This document shows, piece by piece, positions 29,090 to 38,127 of a DNA stretch of 59,185 nucleotides. Both the position numbers and the translations under genes were made by a program. The notes under the pieces are model-generated. The model did no database searches, was not told where the DNA came from, and saw nothing but the letters and a program-made list of their open reading frames with translations. The first letter of the stretch is position 1. Each line of letters opens with the position of its first letter. This stretch comes from Chthonomonadaceae bacterium (GTDB taxonomy: Bacteria; Armatimonadota; Chthonomonadetes; Chthonomonadales; Chthonomonadaceae): NCBI GenBank assembly GCA_035650735.1, contig DASRGZ010000038.1:1-59185 (forward strand), written 5' to 3'.

Positions 29090-30277
29090 CTAACGCGCCG
29101 CCGGCATCATCTTCACGCAGACGGGCATCGGAACCTCCGCCGTATTCCCGGTGGGCGTTAAGCGCCCGGTCTGCGGGTCTATGCGGAAGACGACGATTGT
29201 GTTGGAGTCCTGGTTGGCAGCCAGCAGGTAGGTTCCCGTGGGATCGATGCCGAAGTTGCGAGGCGTCTTCCCCTGCGTCGGCTCGTTTCCCACGTAGGTG
29301 AGCAGGCCGGTATGGGGGTCAATCTGGAAGATGGCGATGCTGTCGTGGCCGCGATTGGAACCGTAGAGAAACTTTCCGTTCGGAGAGACCTGCACCTCGG
29401 CAGTCGAGTAGTTCTCCCCATGGGCTCCCTCCGGCAGGGTAGAGATGGTTTGCAGCGTCTTGAGCGCGCCCGTGCCAGCATCGTAGCTGAAGACGGTCAC
29501 CGTCATGCCCATTTCGTTGATGACGTAAGCCGTGCGCCCGTTCGGATGGAAGGCGAAGTGGCGCGGGCCCGCTCCTGGGGCGACCGCTGCGAAGGGCGGG
29601 TCGTTGGGGGAGAGCGTTCCCCGGTCGGCATCAAAGCGGTAGATAAACACCTTATCTAGCCCAAGGTCGGCGGCAAGGGCGTGCCGGTTGGCGGCGTCCA
29701 GGTTGATAGAGTGGGCGTGCGGCCCCTCCTGCCGCTGCGGGTTGACGCTCGAACCGCTGTGCTGTATGGTGGAGGTCGGCGGGCCAAGCCGCCCATCGGC
29801 CTGGATGGGCAGCACGGCCACGCTGCCGCTGCCGTAGTTGGCGACCAGAACGTTCTTACCCTGCTTATCCACCACCAGGTGGCAAGGCCCCGCCCCGCCC
29901 GACGGCTGCCGGTTGAGCAGCGTCAGGTGACCTGTTTCCGGGTCTATGGCGAACGCGCTGACCGCCCCGCTCTTCTTACCGTCAAAGTTCTCTATTTCGT
30001 TGACCGCATACAGGAACCGGCGTCCCGGATGGATGGCGAGAAAAGAGGGATTGGTCGTCTCGGCAGCCAGGCCAACCGCCGTCAGCTTGCCGGAAGCCAT
30101 GTCCAGGTGAAATAGATAAATCCCTTTGCTTTTCCCGCCGGTGTAGGTGCCGACGTACACCCACTGCGTCCCATGTCCCTGCGATACGTTCGATTCTGGC
30201 ATCAAGGCGCCTCCTCCACCGAATAATCCCAGTAACATACAGCCCAGGGGAACGATCCAGGACCAACGGAATAGCAT
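29090..30277 (-). CDS. pgl: Lactonase family beta-propeller (6-phosphogluconolactonase-like), signal peptide
   Basis: VYVGTYT, NPSFLA, VANYGSG, RQEGPHAH, DLGLD, GPRH, SNRGHDSI, TPRNF. Confidence 0.9.
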   Translation of the reverse strand: MLFRWSWIVPLGCMLLGLFGGGGALMPESNVSQGHGTQWVYVGTYTGGKSKGIYLFHLDMASGKLTAVGLAAETTNPSFLAIHPGRRFLYAVNEIENFDGKKSGAVSAFAIDPETGHLTLLNRQPSGGAGPCHLVVDKQGKNVLVANYGSGSVAVLPIQADGRLGPPTSTIQHSGSSVNPQRQEGPHAHSINLDAANRHALAADLGLDKVFIYRFDADRGTLSPNDPPFAAVAPGAGPRHFAFHPNGRTAYVINEMGMTVTVFSYDAGTGALKTLQTISTLPEGAHGENYSTAEVQVSPNGKFLYGSNRGHDSIAIFQIDPHTGLLTYVGNEPTQGKTPRNFGIDPTGTYLLAANQDSNTIVVFRIDPQTGRLTPTGNTAEVPMPVCVKMMPAAR

Positions 30278-30303
30278 ATTATCTCCTCATATACCGGTTT
30301 CTC

Positions 30304-31854
30304 TCAGGCGGCCAGAGGCACCGTCACCTGCACCCACGCGCCGCCCTCCGGACGATTGGCAAAACGCACCTGTCCGCCCAGATCCCACCGGCTCAACCGC
30401 TCGACGAGCTCCAGCCCGGTGTGGGCATCGCGCGCCGGATCGAAGTCTTCGGGAAATCCGCTTCCCTCATCGTAAACTTCCAGCCGCGCCTCGTCTTCAC
30501 GCCACAGAAACGCCATCTGTATCTTGCCGGCGCTATACTTGAGCGCGTTGCTGATCAGCTCATTGGCGATCAGGGCCAGCGAGGTAGCCTGCCGCGCCGA
30601 GAGGCGCGCGTCCTCCAGTTGGTAGGTGATGCGGCGCTCGCCGGCCGTCTGCTGCATCAAGGCCAGCAGTTTCTCCAGCACCTCCCGGGCCGAGAGAGAC
30701 TGAGCCTGTCCGTCCTCTTTGGCCTTCTGAGTCAGCAGGTCGTGGACGGCGGCCAGCGTACGTACATACGAGCCTAACCGCTGGAATTCCTCCGCCGGAA
30801 TGTATTCTGCCCGCTCCATCAGGCGCATGTCCACCATCGCGGCGATGATCTGGAGGTTATTTTTGACGCGATGGTGCGTCTCGGTCATGGCATGGCGAAG
30901 ACGTTCATAGAGCTCCCGAATATGCGCTTCTGCGGCCTTGCGCCCGATGGCAAAGGCGACGTGACTGGTTATGGTCTGGGCCAGCTGGGCCTCCTCCGCC
31001 GTGAAGCGATGGGGCGTATTGTAGTAGAGCATGAACTTGCCCATCAGCCGTCCCTGGTAGAGCAAGGGAATAAAGCCCAGGGCGCCGATGCCCTCCTGCT
31101 GAAACACGGACTGGAAGGCGCTGAGGGAGGGTTCCGCTTCTATATCGGCGATGAACACCGGCTGGGGATCTCGGGTATCGGGCGGCCACGGGGAGTGGCC
31201 CTCCACGGCGCAACGGTAGGCCTCGGATATGCCGCGCCAGGCTTTAAAACGCATCACGCCATCGGGGTCAATAAGCAGCACGGCGGCGCGGTCGGCCTTG
31301 AGGGCGCGCAGCAGACCGCCCAGCGCCTCGTCATAGATGGTTTCCACCGCATCGGCGCGGGTGACGGCGTCGTTGAGCTGGTAAATGCACTGAAGCTGTT
31401 CGATGCGGCGCTCGATCTGTTCTTTGGCGCGCTTGCGCTCGGTAATATCGCGCTTGATGCCCACGTAATAGAGCGGCACGCCCGCTTCATCGGTGACGGC
31501 GAAGGCAGAGAGGTCAATGTCGAGCAGCACGCCGCTCTTGGTTCGCGAGATCACCTCTCCCTGGTAACGCCCATGCGACGCCAGCGCCTCGGCGACCTCC
31601 GCGAAGACCTCCTCGCCGAGATGCAACGCCGGGGTCTTGCCCTGCAGCTCCTCATCCGAATAGCCGATGAGCCGGTAATGGGCTTCGTTCTGCTCCACAT
31701 AATAGCCCTGCGGGTCGATGATGGCAATGGCGTCGCCGGCATGGGCAAATATCTTCTGATACAGGAGCGCCTGCGCCTCCGCCTGCGGGGAGCCCCCTTG
31801 ATCTCCCATTGTTTTGACGACGGCATGTTGGGTGGTGTGTGAGGCAGGCAACAT
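30304..31854 (-). CDS. PAS-GAF sensor histidine kinase (HisKA_2)
   Basis: PAS ending GIKRDITERKRA; GAF; H-box ETHHRVKNNLQ; NELISNALKY; DEGSG. Confidence 0.92.
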   Translation of the reverse strand: MLPASHTTQHAVVKTMGDQGGSPQAEAQALLYQKIFAHAGDAIAIIDPQGYYVEQNEAHYRLIGYSDEELQGKTPALHLGEEVFAEVAEALASHGRYQGEVISRTKSGVLLDIDLSAFAVTDEAGVPLYYVGIKRDITERKRAKEQIERRIEQLQCIYQLNDAVTRADAVETIYDEALGGLLRALKADRAAVLLIDPDGVMRFKAWRGISEAYRCAVEGHSPWPPDTRDPQPVFIADIEAEPSLSAFQSVFQQEGIGALGFIPLLYQGRLMGKFMLYYNTPHRFTAEEAQLAQTITSHVAFAIGRKAAEAHIRELYERLRHAMTETHHRVKNNLQIIAAMVDMRLMERAEYIPAEEFQRLGSYVRTLAAVHDLLTQKAKEDGQAQSLSAREVLEKLLALMQQTAGERRITYQLEDARLSARQATSLALIANELISNALKYSAGKIQMAFLWREDEARLEVYDEGSGFPEDFDPARDAHTGLELVERLSRWDLGGQVRFANRPEGGAWVQVTVPLAA

Positions 31855-31954
31855 AGGCTTCTCCGCTTGTGACCCTCGTTACGTCGCTACCTAATACGTG
31901 CGAGGATTAATTTGATTACCAAATCGTCGGCATGGCGATGGATCTTGCTGCCGC

Positions 31955-32385
31955 CGCTTCTATCGCCTTCTCAGGCAGGAATACGGAATCTGGCTGCGCC
32001 CGGCTCTAAAGGAGCGGGCTGCGGACGGCAAGCCCCCTGATGACCTTTGACAACCTAAATCGGTAACGTCTGGCTTTGCCGGCAGGCTAAACCCTGCCGA
32101 TGTGGGGCCTACGGCCCGTTGACGGCAAGGGTCGGGCCTGCAATGGACGGCAAGCTCCACCACGACGGATTGGTATAGTGGCGACGATGGGGTGACGGCA
32201 AGGGTCGGGCCTGCAATGGACGGCAAGGGTCGGCGCTGCCATGGTTCGCGCCACTGCCAGGGTCGGCAAGGTTACGGCCCTTGCCTCCGCCTTGCCACAG
32301 CCCTCCGCCTTGCGACACAGCCCACTCGTTTACGGGTGGGCGACCCGAAGATACCGTATCGCTTGTATCACCTTCTCAGGCAGGA
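31955..32385. repeat. Nested REP cluster bracketed by a 26-bp imperfect direct repeat
   Basis: CGCTT(C/G)TATC(G/A)CCTTCTCAGGCAGGA at 31955-31980 and 32360-32385; inside are family C ends (31998-32037, ~32319-32343), a family B unit and a 35-bp repeat at 32120 and 32193. Confidence 0.8.
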
Positions 32386-32468
32386 GTCTGGGAGCCTTGA
32401 AGCCAAATACCCTAACCACATGCCCGTTTTTCGGAGCCTCTTTCACTTTTACCCACAAGGAGTCCTTC

Positions 32469-33416
32469 ATGCGAAGTCCCATTTATCGGTGCCTGGCGGT
32501 CTGGCTGCTGCTGATCTGGTGCGCCCTGGCCCGGGCGGCGCCGCGCGCCCAGCACGTCTTCATCGTCAGCTTTGATGGCGGCAAGCCGGCGGTCATGCAG
32601 CAGAGCCGAATGCCTACCCTCTTTGCCCTGCGCAAGCAGGGAGCGGGCACCTGGAGCGCTCAAACCATCTTTCCCAGCATCACCCTTCCCTCGCACATCT
32701 CTATGCTCACCGGCGTCGGCCCGACCAAGCACAAAGTGCTCTGGAACGATTGGGAGCCGGAGCGCGGCGTGATCAAGGTGCCCACTATCTTTCAGCTGGC
32801 CAAGCAGAAGGGGCTGCGCACGGCCATGTTCGTCGGCAAAGAGAAGTTCGCCCATCTGTTTATTCCAGGCACCTTAGACGCCTTCGCCATGCCCGCCTAC
32901 AACGCGCGCATCGTGGCCGCGCTGGCGGCGCGCTATATCGAGGTTCAAAAGCCCAACCTCTGCTTTATCCATTTTGCCGACTCGGACGGCGCTGGGCATC
33001 AGTATGGCTGGGGGTCGCCGGAGCAGAAGCAGGCCTTCGCGGAGGAGGACGCGGCGCTGACCGAGATCAAGCGCGCGATAGATAAGGCCGGTATCGCCGA
33101 CAGCAGCGTGATTATTTTGAGCGCCGATCATGGCGGCCACGAAAAGACGCATGGCAGCCTGAGCCCGGAGGACATGACCATCCCCTGGATCGTCTGGGGC
33201 GCGGGCGTCCGGCACGATTATGCCATCGCCGTGCCCGTGACCACCTACGACACGGCGGCGACGGCGCTGTGGCTGCTGGACGTGCCCATCCCCGCCGATT
33301 GGGACGGCAAGCCCGTCACCAGCGCTTTTGAGAATGTGGGGGGTTCCCAGGCTGCGGCCCGTGTGCCGCTTTCCGCGCCGAGTAGGAAGGAGATCGGCGC
33401 TGCACATACGCAATAA
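32469..33416 (+). CDS. Alkaline phosphatase superfamily (ENPP/phosphodiesterase) secreted protein
   Basis: Signal peptide; IVSFDG, PSITLPSHISMLTG, DSDGAGH, LSADHGG; AAGGAG RBS. Confidence 0.9.
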   Translation: MRSPIYRCLAVWLLLIWCALARAAPRAQHVFIVSFDGGKPAVMQQSRMPTLFALRKQGAGTWSAQTIFPSITLPSHISMLTGVGPTKHKVLWNDWEPERGVIKVPTIFQLAKQKGLRTAMFVGKEKFAHLFIPGTLDAFAMPAYNARIVAALAARYIEVQKPNLCFIHFADSDGAGHQYGWGSPEQKQAFAEEDAALTEIKRAIDKAGIADSSVIILSADHGGHEKTHGSLSPEDMTIPWIVWGAGVRHDYAIAVPVTTYDTAATALWLLDVPIPADWDGKPVTSAFENVGGSQAAARVPLSAPSRKEIGAAHTQ

Positions 33417-33422
33417 AAGCGG

Positions 33423-34097
33423 CTACTCGACCCGCTCCGTTGCCGGGTCCGGCCGTTCGCCCAGGAACTCCACCCAGGCCTTCTTGATGCAAGGGTAGTG
33501 TTTGGCAGCCTCGACCAGATTCATGAACGAGACCACGTTGGCCTCAAACCGCTCCCGCAGCGTCGAATTGGTGATTTCGCCCTCGGCGCTAAACGCCTGG
33601 TGCGCCGTGGCAAGCGAGAACATATCCGGAAAAACGCGCGCTCCCAGGTGCTCCAGCGGGATGCGCAGCGCCCAGAGTCCCCGGTTGCCGCCGGCCATCG
33701 AGGGCGAGGCGGACATCAGCAGGGCGTGCCGTTCGTTGAACGGCTGCGGTCGGTAACGGGAAACCCAATCAATGGTGTTCTTCAGAACTCCGGGCATCGA
33801 GGCGTTATACTCCGGGGAGGCAATCACGAACGCATCATTGGCTTCGAGGCGGCGGCGTAACTCTGCCGCACCGGGGGGCAAACCCTCGGCGTCCTCAACA
33901 TCCTGATCGAAGGAAGGGCAATCGAAGTCTTCCATCGCCGCCCTATCTACGATTCCGCCGTGCTACTCAATCACGCGGGCGGCCAGCTGCGCCAGCCGGG
34001 TATTGAAAGACCCGGTCCGCAGGGAGGCGGAGAACACCAGAAAGCGTGTCGGCCCTGGCCCTCCGGTCGAGGGCGTCGCACCAGGCGATAGTGTCAT
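33423..34097 (-). pseudogene. NADPH-dependent FMN reductase interrupted by an in-frame TAG at codon 45
   Basis: ATG 34097 with GAGGAGG RBS; FLVFSASLRTGSFN...VIE*HGG...SPEYNASMPGVLKNTIDWVSR in one frame; TAG at 33963-33965. Confidence 0.85.
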
Positions 34098-34127
34098 CGG
34101 TTCCTCCTCTTCCGGGCGCGTGGCGTT

Positions 34128-34457
34128 TCACCAGCGGAGCTTGTCCAGCGCGCGGTCTTCGTCGGTGAGGTCGCTCTCCAGCAGGATACCCCACTCCTTG
34201 CCGCCCTTATAGTAGAGGATCGTGCCGCAGCCGGTGCATTTGGCCCGGCTGGCAAACCCCTTGCCTACCGGCGGGGTGCGCGGCTCACCCGTGTTGGGGT
34301 CATGCGGGCGTAGGGGCTTGTTGCAGACGGGACAGCGGCCAAAGTCATTGCCCGTGTCGTCGGGCGTATGATCTACGTAGGCATCCGTTGGCGGCTCCGC
34401 CGTCTCCGGCAATTCGATAACGCCGATGCGCGGGCGCTCTGTCGTCTCGGTGTTCAT
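34128..34457 (-). CDS. Small hypothetical protein with two CxxC pairs (zinc ribbon-like)
   Basis: CPVC and CTGC; AGGAG RBS. Confidence 0.7.
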   Translation of the reverse strand: MNTETTERPRIGVIELPETAEPPTDAYVDHTPDDTGNDFGRCPVCNKPLRPHDPNTGEPRTPPVGKGFASRAKCTGCGTILYYKGGKEWGILLESDLTDEDRALDKLRW

Positions 34458-34769
34458 CTTGTTGCTCCTGGGTATGGGATATAATTTCTATGCGCTATTT
34501 TACCCCTGCGGAGACGGGTATCTCCACCGCAGGGTTTCCTATTCTGACATTATGGCATTCGCCCGGGACGCAGCGCAGTCCTGCCGGGCAGGGCCGAAAT
34601 CGCCTCCGTCTTGGCTGCAATCGGAAGCGTGCGGGAACCGCCCCCGGCGCGCGCTCGTCGTATCCGGGAAGCTCGGGCCGGCTCCAGGAGGAAGCTGGCC
34701 CTTTCATGGCGAAAAGCCGGCAAGCATAACAGTTCTAACAAATATCCTCACAGGAAGGCAAACGCAAAA

Positions 34770-35999
34770 ATGCAATCACGAGAGCGGGTCAGTCTGGTGA
34801 CCTGCGCGCCGACCGTCGAAGACGCAGAGGTGGTGGGGCGCACGGAACAGGCGATATCCCAATTGGGAGATTTTGGGCGAGACCTGCGCAGCGCGCGCAG
34901 GATCGCCGTCAAGATCAACGCGGGCATCCGACGCATTCGATTGACCGACGGCAAGCAGACGGAGTTGACGGAGCCGGCGGTGGTGGAGGGAGCTATTCGC
35001 GCCCTCCGCGCGGTCACCGACGCCGAGATCCTTGTCGGCGACGCGCCCACCGACGGCAGCGCCGAGGCGCTTTACGCCGATCTGGGCTATCCGGAGCGGC
35101 TGGCGAAGTACCCGAATGTCCGGCTGGTGGATTTCAACGTCAGCGAACTGGTCCCGGTGCCGATGACGCATCCCGGCGCGATGTTTCGGCAGTATATGCT
35201 TCCGTGCGAGCTGGCCGAGGCTGATGCCTTCGTCTCCCTGGCCAAGATGAAGGCGCATACCAGCATGGGCTGTACGCTCTGTATCAAGAACCTGTTCGGC
35301 TGGATACCTCCCGCCGTCTATGGGTCGCCGCGCTCGTACCTTCATGATCGCCTGATTCGCCTGCCGCGCGTGCTGGTAGACCTGGCGGCGTGGACGCGCC
35401 CGTGCCTAAACGTAGTGGATGGCATCGTGGCGGCCAACAACAGCGAGTGGCGCGGCACGCCGATGCGTCCTGGCGTCATCCTGGCTGGCGCCAATATCGT
35501 CGCCACCGACAGCGTGGGCGCGCGCATCATGGGCTTTGACCCGTGCGGCGACTATCCCGATCATCCCTTCTTCTATCGTCGTAACGCCATCCAACTGGCG
35601 GCGAAGGCGGGCCTGGGGCCGAACCGCGCCGACGAGATCGAGGTGATCGGCCCGGCGCCGGAGGAGGTCTGCCAGCCCTTCCAGGTCCATCGCTATGGCG
35701 GCGATACGAACCGGGATGCGCAGATTCGCCGGGGCGCGGACTGCGTCGCCCGCTACCGGGATCAGCAGGACGCCCTGGCGGGCCGCTATCGAGACCGGTA
35801 TCTGGCCCTCTTCGATGGGCAGATCCTCTGGGACGGGCAGGACGTGCAGACCATGCAGCGGCTGGAAAAGGAGAGCGGGCGGGATTGGCAAAATGCCCCG
35901 CAATTCGTCGTGCGCTGCCTCCCGTCGGAGGAGGAGATCGAGCAGATGGACTGGTACGCGATGGAGGCGGCACGGCTGCCGGTGGCCTCTGCGGCCTGA
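34770..35999 (+). CDS. DUF362 domain protein with extra C-terminal domain
   Basis: IAVKIN, TEPAVV, LAKMKAH, TLCIKNLFG, VVDGIVA, VATDSVGARIMG. Confidence 0.85.
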   Translation: MQSRERVSLVTCAPTVEDAEVVGRTEQAISQLGDFGRDLRSARRIAVKINAGIRRIRLTDGKQTELTEPAVVEGAIRALRAVTDAEILVGDAPTDGSAEALYADLGYPERLAKYPNVRLVDFNVSELVPVPMTHPGAMFRQYMLPCELAEADAFVSLAKMKAHTSMGCTLCIKNLFGWIPPAVYGSPRSYLHDRLIRLPRVLVDLAAWTRPCLNVVDGIVAANNSEWRGTPMRPGVILAGANIVATDSVGARIMGFDPCGDYPDHPFFYRRNAIQLAAKAGLGPNRADEIEVIGPAPEEVCQPFQVHRYGGDTNRDAQIRRGADCVARYRDQQDALAGRYRDRYLALFDGQILWDGQDVQTMQRLEKESGRDWQNAPQFVVRCLPSEEEIEQMDWYAMEAARLPVASAA

Positions 36000-36018
36000 G
36001 TCCCGACGGACTTCTGAA

Positions 36019-36113
36019 CCCTTCTCTCACACTGCGGAGAGGGGAAGAAGTCGGGTCCCCCCCTTCCCTGCCGCGTTAGCGGCGAATTAGGGAAGGGAGC
36101 CGGGGGGTTAGGT
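36019..36113. repeat. REP-like family D cluster
   Basis: CCCTTCTCTC...GAGAGGGG and CCCTTCCC...GGGAAGGG...GGGGGGTTAGG palindromes. Confidence 0.7.
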
Positions 36114-36131
36114 GAAAAAGGAGAGGTTACC

Positions 36132-38027
36132 ATGAGTCTCAAAACGCTGGGGCTGGCGGCCAGGGCGCTGGAGCCGCTGCCTTTGGGCAGTATTCGCCCG
36201 ACGGGATGGCTGCAACGACAACTGCGTATCCAGGCGGAGGGCCTGAGCGGCCACCTGGACGAGTTCTGGCCGGACATCGCCCGGAGCCGGTGGATCGGCG
36301 GCGATGCGGAAGGCTGGGAGCGCGGTCCCTACTGGCTGGATGGCTGCGTCCCGCTGGCCTTTTTGCTCGACGATCCGGCGCTCAAGGCCAAAGTCCAACG
36401 CTGGGTGGATTATATCCTGGATCATCAGCACCCGGACGGCTGGCTCGGCCCCATCGAGAACCAGCACGCTGGGTCGGGCGAAACGCGGCGCGATCCCTGG
36501 CCGCAGTTTATCCTCTTCAAGGCGCTGGCGCAGTGGCAGGAGGCGACCGGCGATGCGCGCGTCCTTCCGGCCATGCAGCGCGCCCTGCGCCGAATAGATG
36601 CCCTGCTGGACACACAGCCGCTTGAGAGCTGGGCTAAGATGCGCTGGCCCGACCTGGTCGTCAGCATCTACTGGCTCGCAGAGCGCACCGGCGAGGCGTG
36701 GCTGCTCGACCTGGCGCACAAGGTCCAGGCGCAGGGCTATTCCTGGCAGGCCCACTTCGCCGATTTCCGCTACCGGCAGAAGCAGCCGCAATGGCTCCAG
36801 GAGAATCACGTCGTCAACCACGCGATGGCCCTGAAGGAGCCGGCGGTGCGCTTCCGCCTGAATGGCGCCGCCGAGGAGCGCCAGAACGCCCACCACAACA
36901 TAGCCGTGCTGGATCGCTACCATGGGCAGGCGACGGGCCTCTTTACCGGGGATGAAAGCCTGGCCGGGAAAAATCCCTCGCAGGGCACCGAGCTGTGCGC
37001 CGTGGTCGAGTACCTGTACTCCCTGGAGCACCTGCTGGCCGCTTTTGGGGATGCCGCCTTCGCCGACCGCCTGGAGCGGATCGCCTATAACGCGCTCCCA
37101 GCCACGTTCAAACCCGATATGTGGGCGCACCAGTATGTGCAGCAGGCCAATCAGGTGATCTGCAAGATCGCCGAGGACCGCCTCTATACCAACAACGGCC
37201 CCGACGCCAACATCTATGGTCTGGAGCCCAACTTCGGTTGCTGCACCGCCAACATGCACCAGGGCTGGCCCAAGTTTGCCGCACACCTCTGGATGCAGGG
37301 ACCTGACGATGCGCTCACGGCGCTGGCCTATGCGCCCTGCCGCGTGGAGGTCGCCGTCGCGGGGCAGCCCGTCCGCCTGGAGGTACGCACGAACTATCCC
37401 TTCGAGGAGATGGTCGAGATCGCGGTCTCTCCGGGGCAGGAAGGAACATGGTTTGGGCTGCGGCTGCGCATTCCCGGCTGGGCGGAAGGCGCGCAGGTGC
37501 AGGTCGGTGAGGAGGCGGCGCAGACGGTTGAGGTTGGCGCCTTCTATGAAATCCGGCGGGCATGGCGCTCGGGCGCGGTCGTCCGCCTTACCCTGCCCAT
37601 GCCCATCCGATTGCAGACCCGCTACAACAACGCCGTCTCCGTGGAGCGTGGGCCGCTCGTCTACGCGCTCCAGATCGGCGAGGAGTGGCGGCAGGTGCGG
37701 GGCGAGGCGCCGCACGCCGATTGGGAGGTCTACCCGACGAGCGCCTGGAACTATGCCCTGCAAATAGACCCTGCGCGGCCCGAGGACTCCTTTGTAGTTC
37801 AATCCGGCGGCGTGGGCGATTGCCCGTACTCGCCGGACCAGGCCCCGGTGCGATTGCTGGGTCAGGGCCGGCGCATTGCGGCATGGAACCTAGCACATAA
37901 CGCCGCCGCACCGCCGCCGCAGAGTCTCCTCACTCCCGAGGCGCCGCCGGAGCCGGTGACGCTGATCCCCTATGGCTGCACCAACCTGCGCGTGACCGAG
38001 TTCCCCATGCTGAAGGCGGAAGGTTGA
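36132..38027 (+). CDS. Beta-L-arabinofuranosidase-like protein (GH127/GH146, DUF1680)
   Basis: WERGPYWLDG, HVVN, GTELC, ERIAYNALP, NFGCCTANMHQGWPK, LRLRIPGW, RGPLVY, LIPYG. Confidence 0.88.
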   Translation: MSLKTLGLAARALEPLPLGSIRPTGWLQRQLRIQAEGLSGHLDEFWPDIARSRWIGGDAEGWERGPYWLDGCVPLAFLLDDPALKAKVQRWVDYILDHQHPDGWLGPIENQHAGSGETRRDPWPQFILFKALAQWQEATGDARVLPAMQRALRRIDALLDTQPLESWAKMRWPDLVVSIYWLAERTGEAWLLDLAHKVQAQGYSWQAHFADFRYRQKQPQWLQENHVVNHAMALKEPAVRFRLNGAAEERQNAHHNIAVLDRYHGQATGLFTGDESLAGKNPSQGTELCAVVEYLYSLEHLLAAFGDAAFADRLERIAYNALPATFKPDMWAHQYVQQANQVICKIAEDRLYTNNGPDANIYGLEPNFGCCTANMHQGWPKFAAHLWMQGPDDALTALAYAPCRVEVAVAGQPVRLEVRTNYPFEEMVEIAVSPGQEGTWFGLRLRIPGWAEGAQVQVGEEAAQTVEVGAFYEIRRAWRSGAVVRLTLPMPIRLQTRYNNAVSVERGPLVYALQIGEEWRQVRGEAPHADWEVYPTSAWNYALQIDPARPEDSFVVQSGGVGDCPYSPDQAPVRLLGQGRRIAAWNLAHNAAAPPPQSLLTPEAPPEPVTLIPYGCTNLRVTEFPMLKAEG

Positions 38028-38036
38028 AGCGGCTTG

Positions 38037-38126
38037 ACCTAACCCCCCGTCCGGCAGGCTAAACCCTGCCGCTTCACGGCTGGGGGTGAGATATTCTTCC
38101 TCCTCCCGCAGCGCCGGGAGAGGGGA
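38037..38126. repeat. Hybrid REP cluster (family D with an embedded family B hairpin)
   Basis: Family B hairpin at 38052-38072; 38103-38126 is the exact reverse complement of 43919-43942. Confidence 0.78.
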
Positions 38127-38127
38127 G

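Noticed and set aside
32120..32227. 35-bp direct repeat with a 38-bp spacer (period 73) as a CRISPR array
   Set aside because: The unit is internally repetitive, embedded in a REP cluster, and related sequence occurs in reverse at 18695-18719; local REP amplification explains it better. The shared 73-bp period with the 40.5 kb repeat is treated as coincidence.
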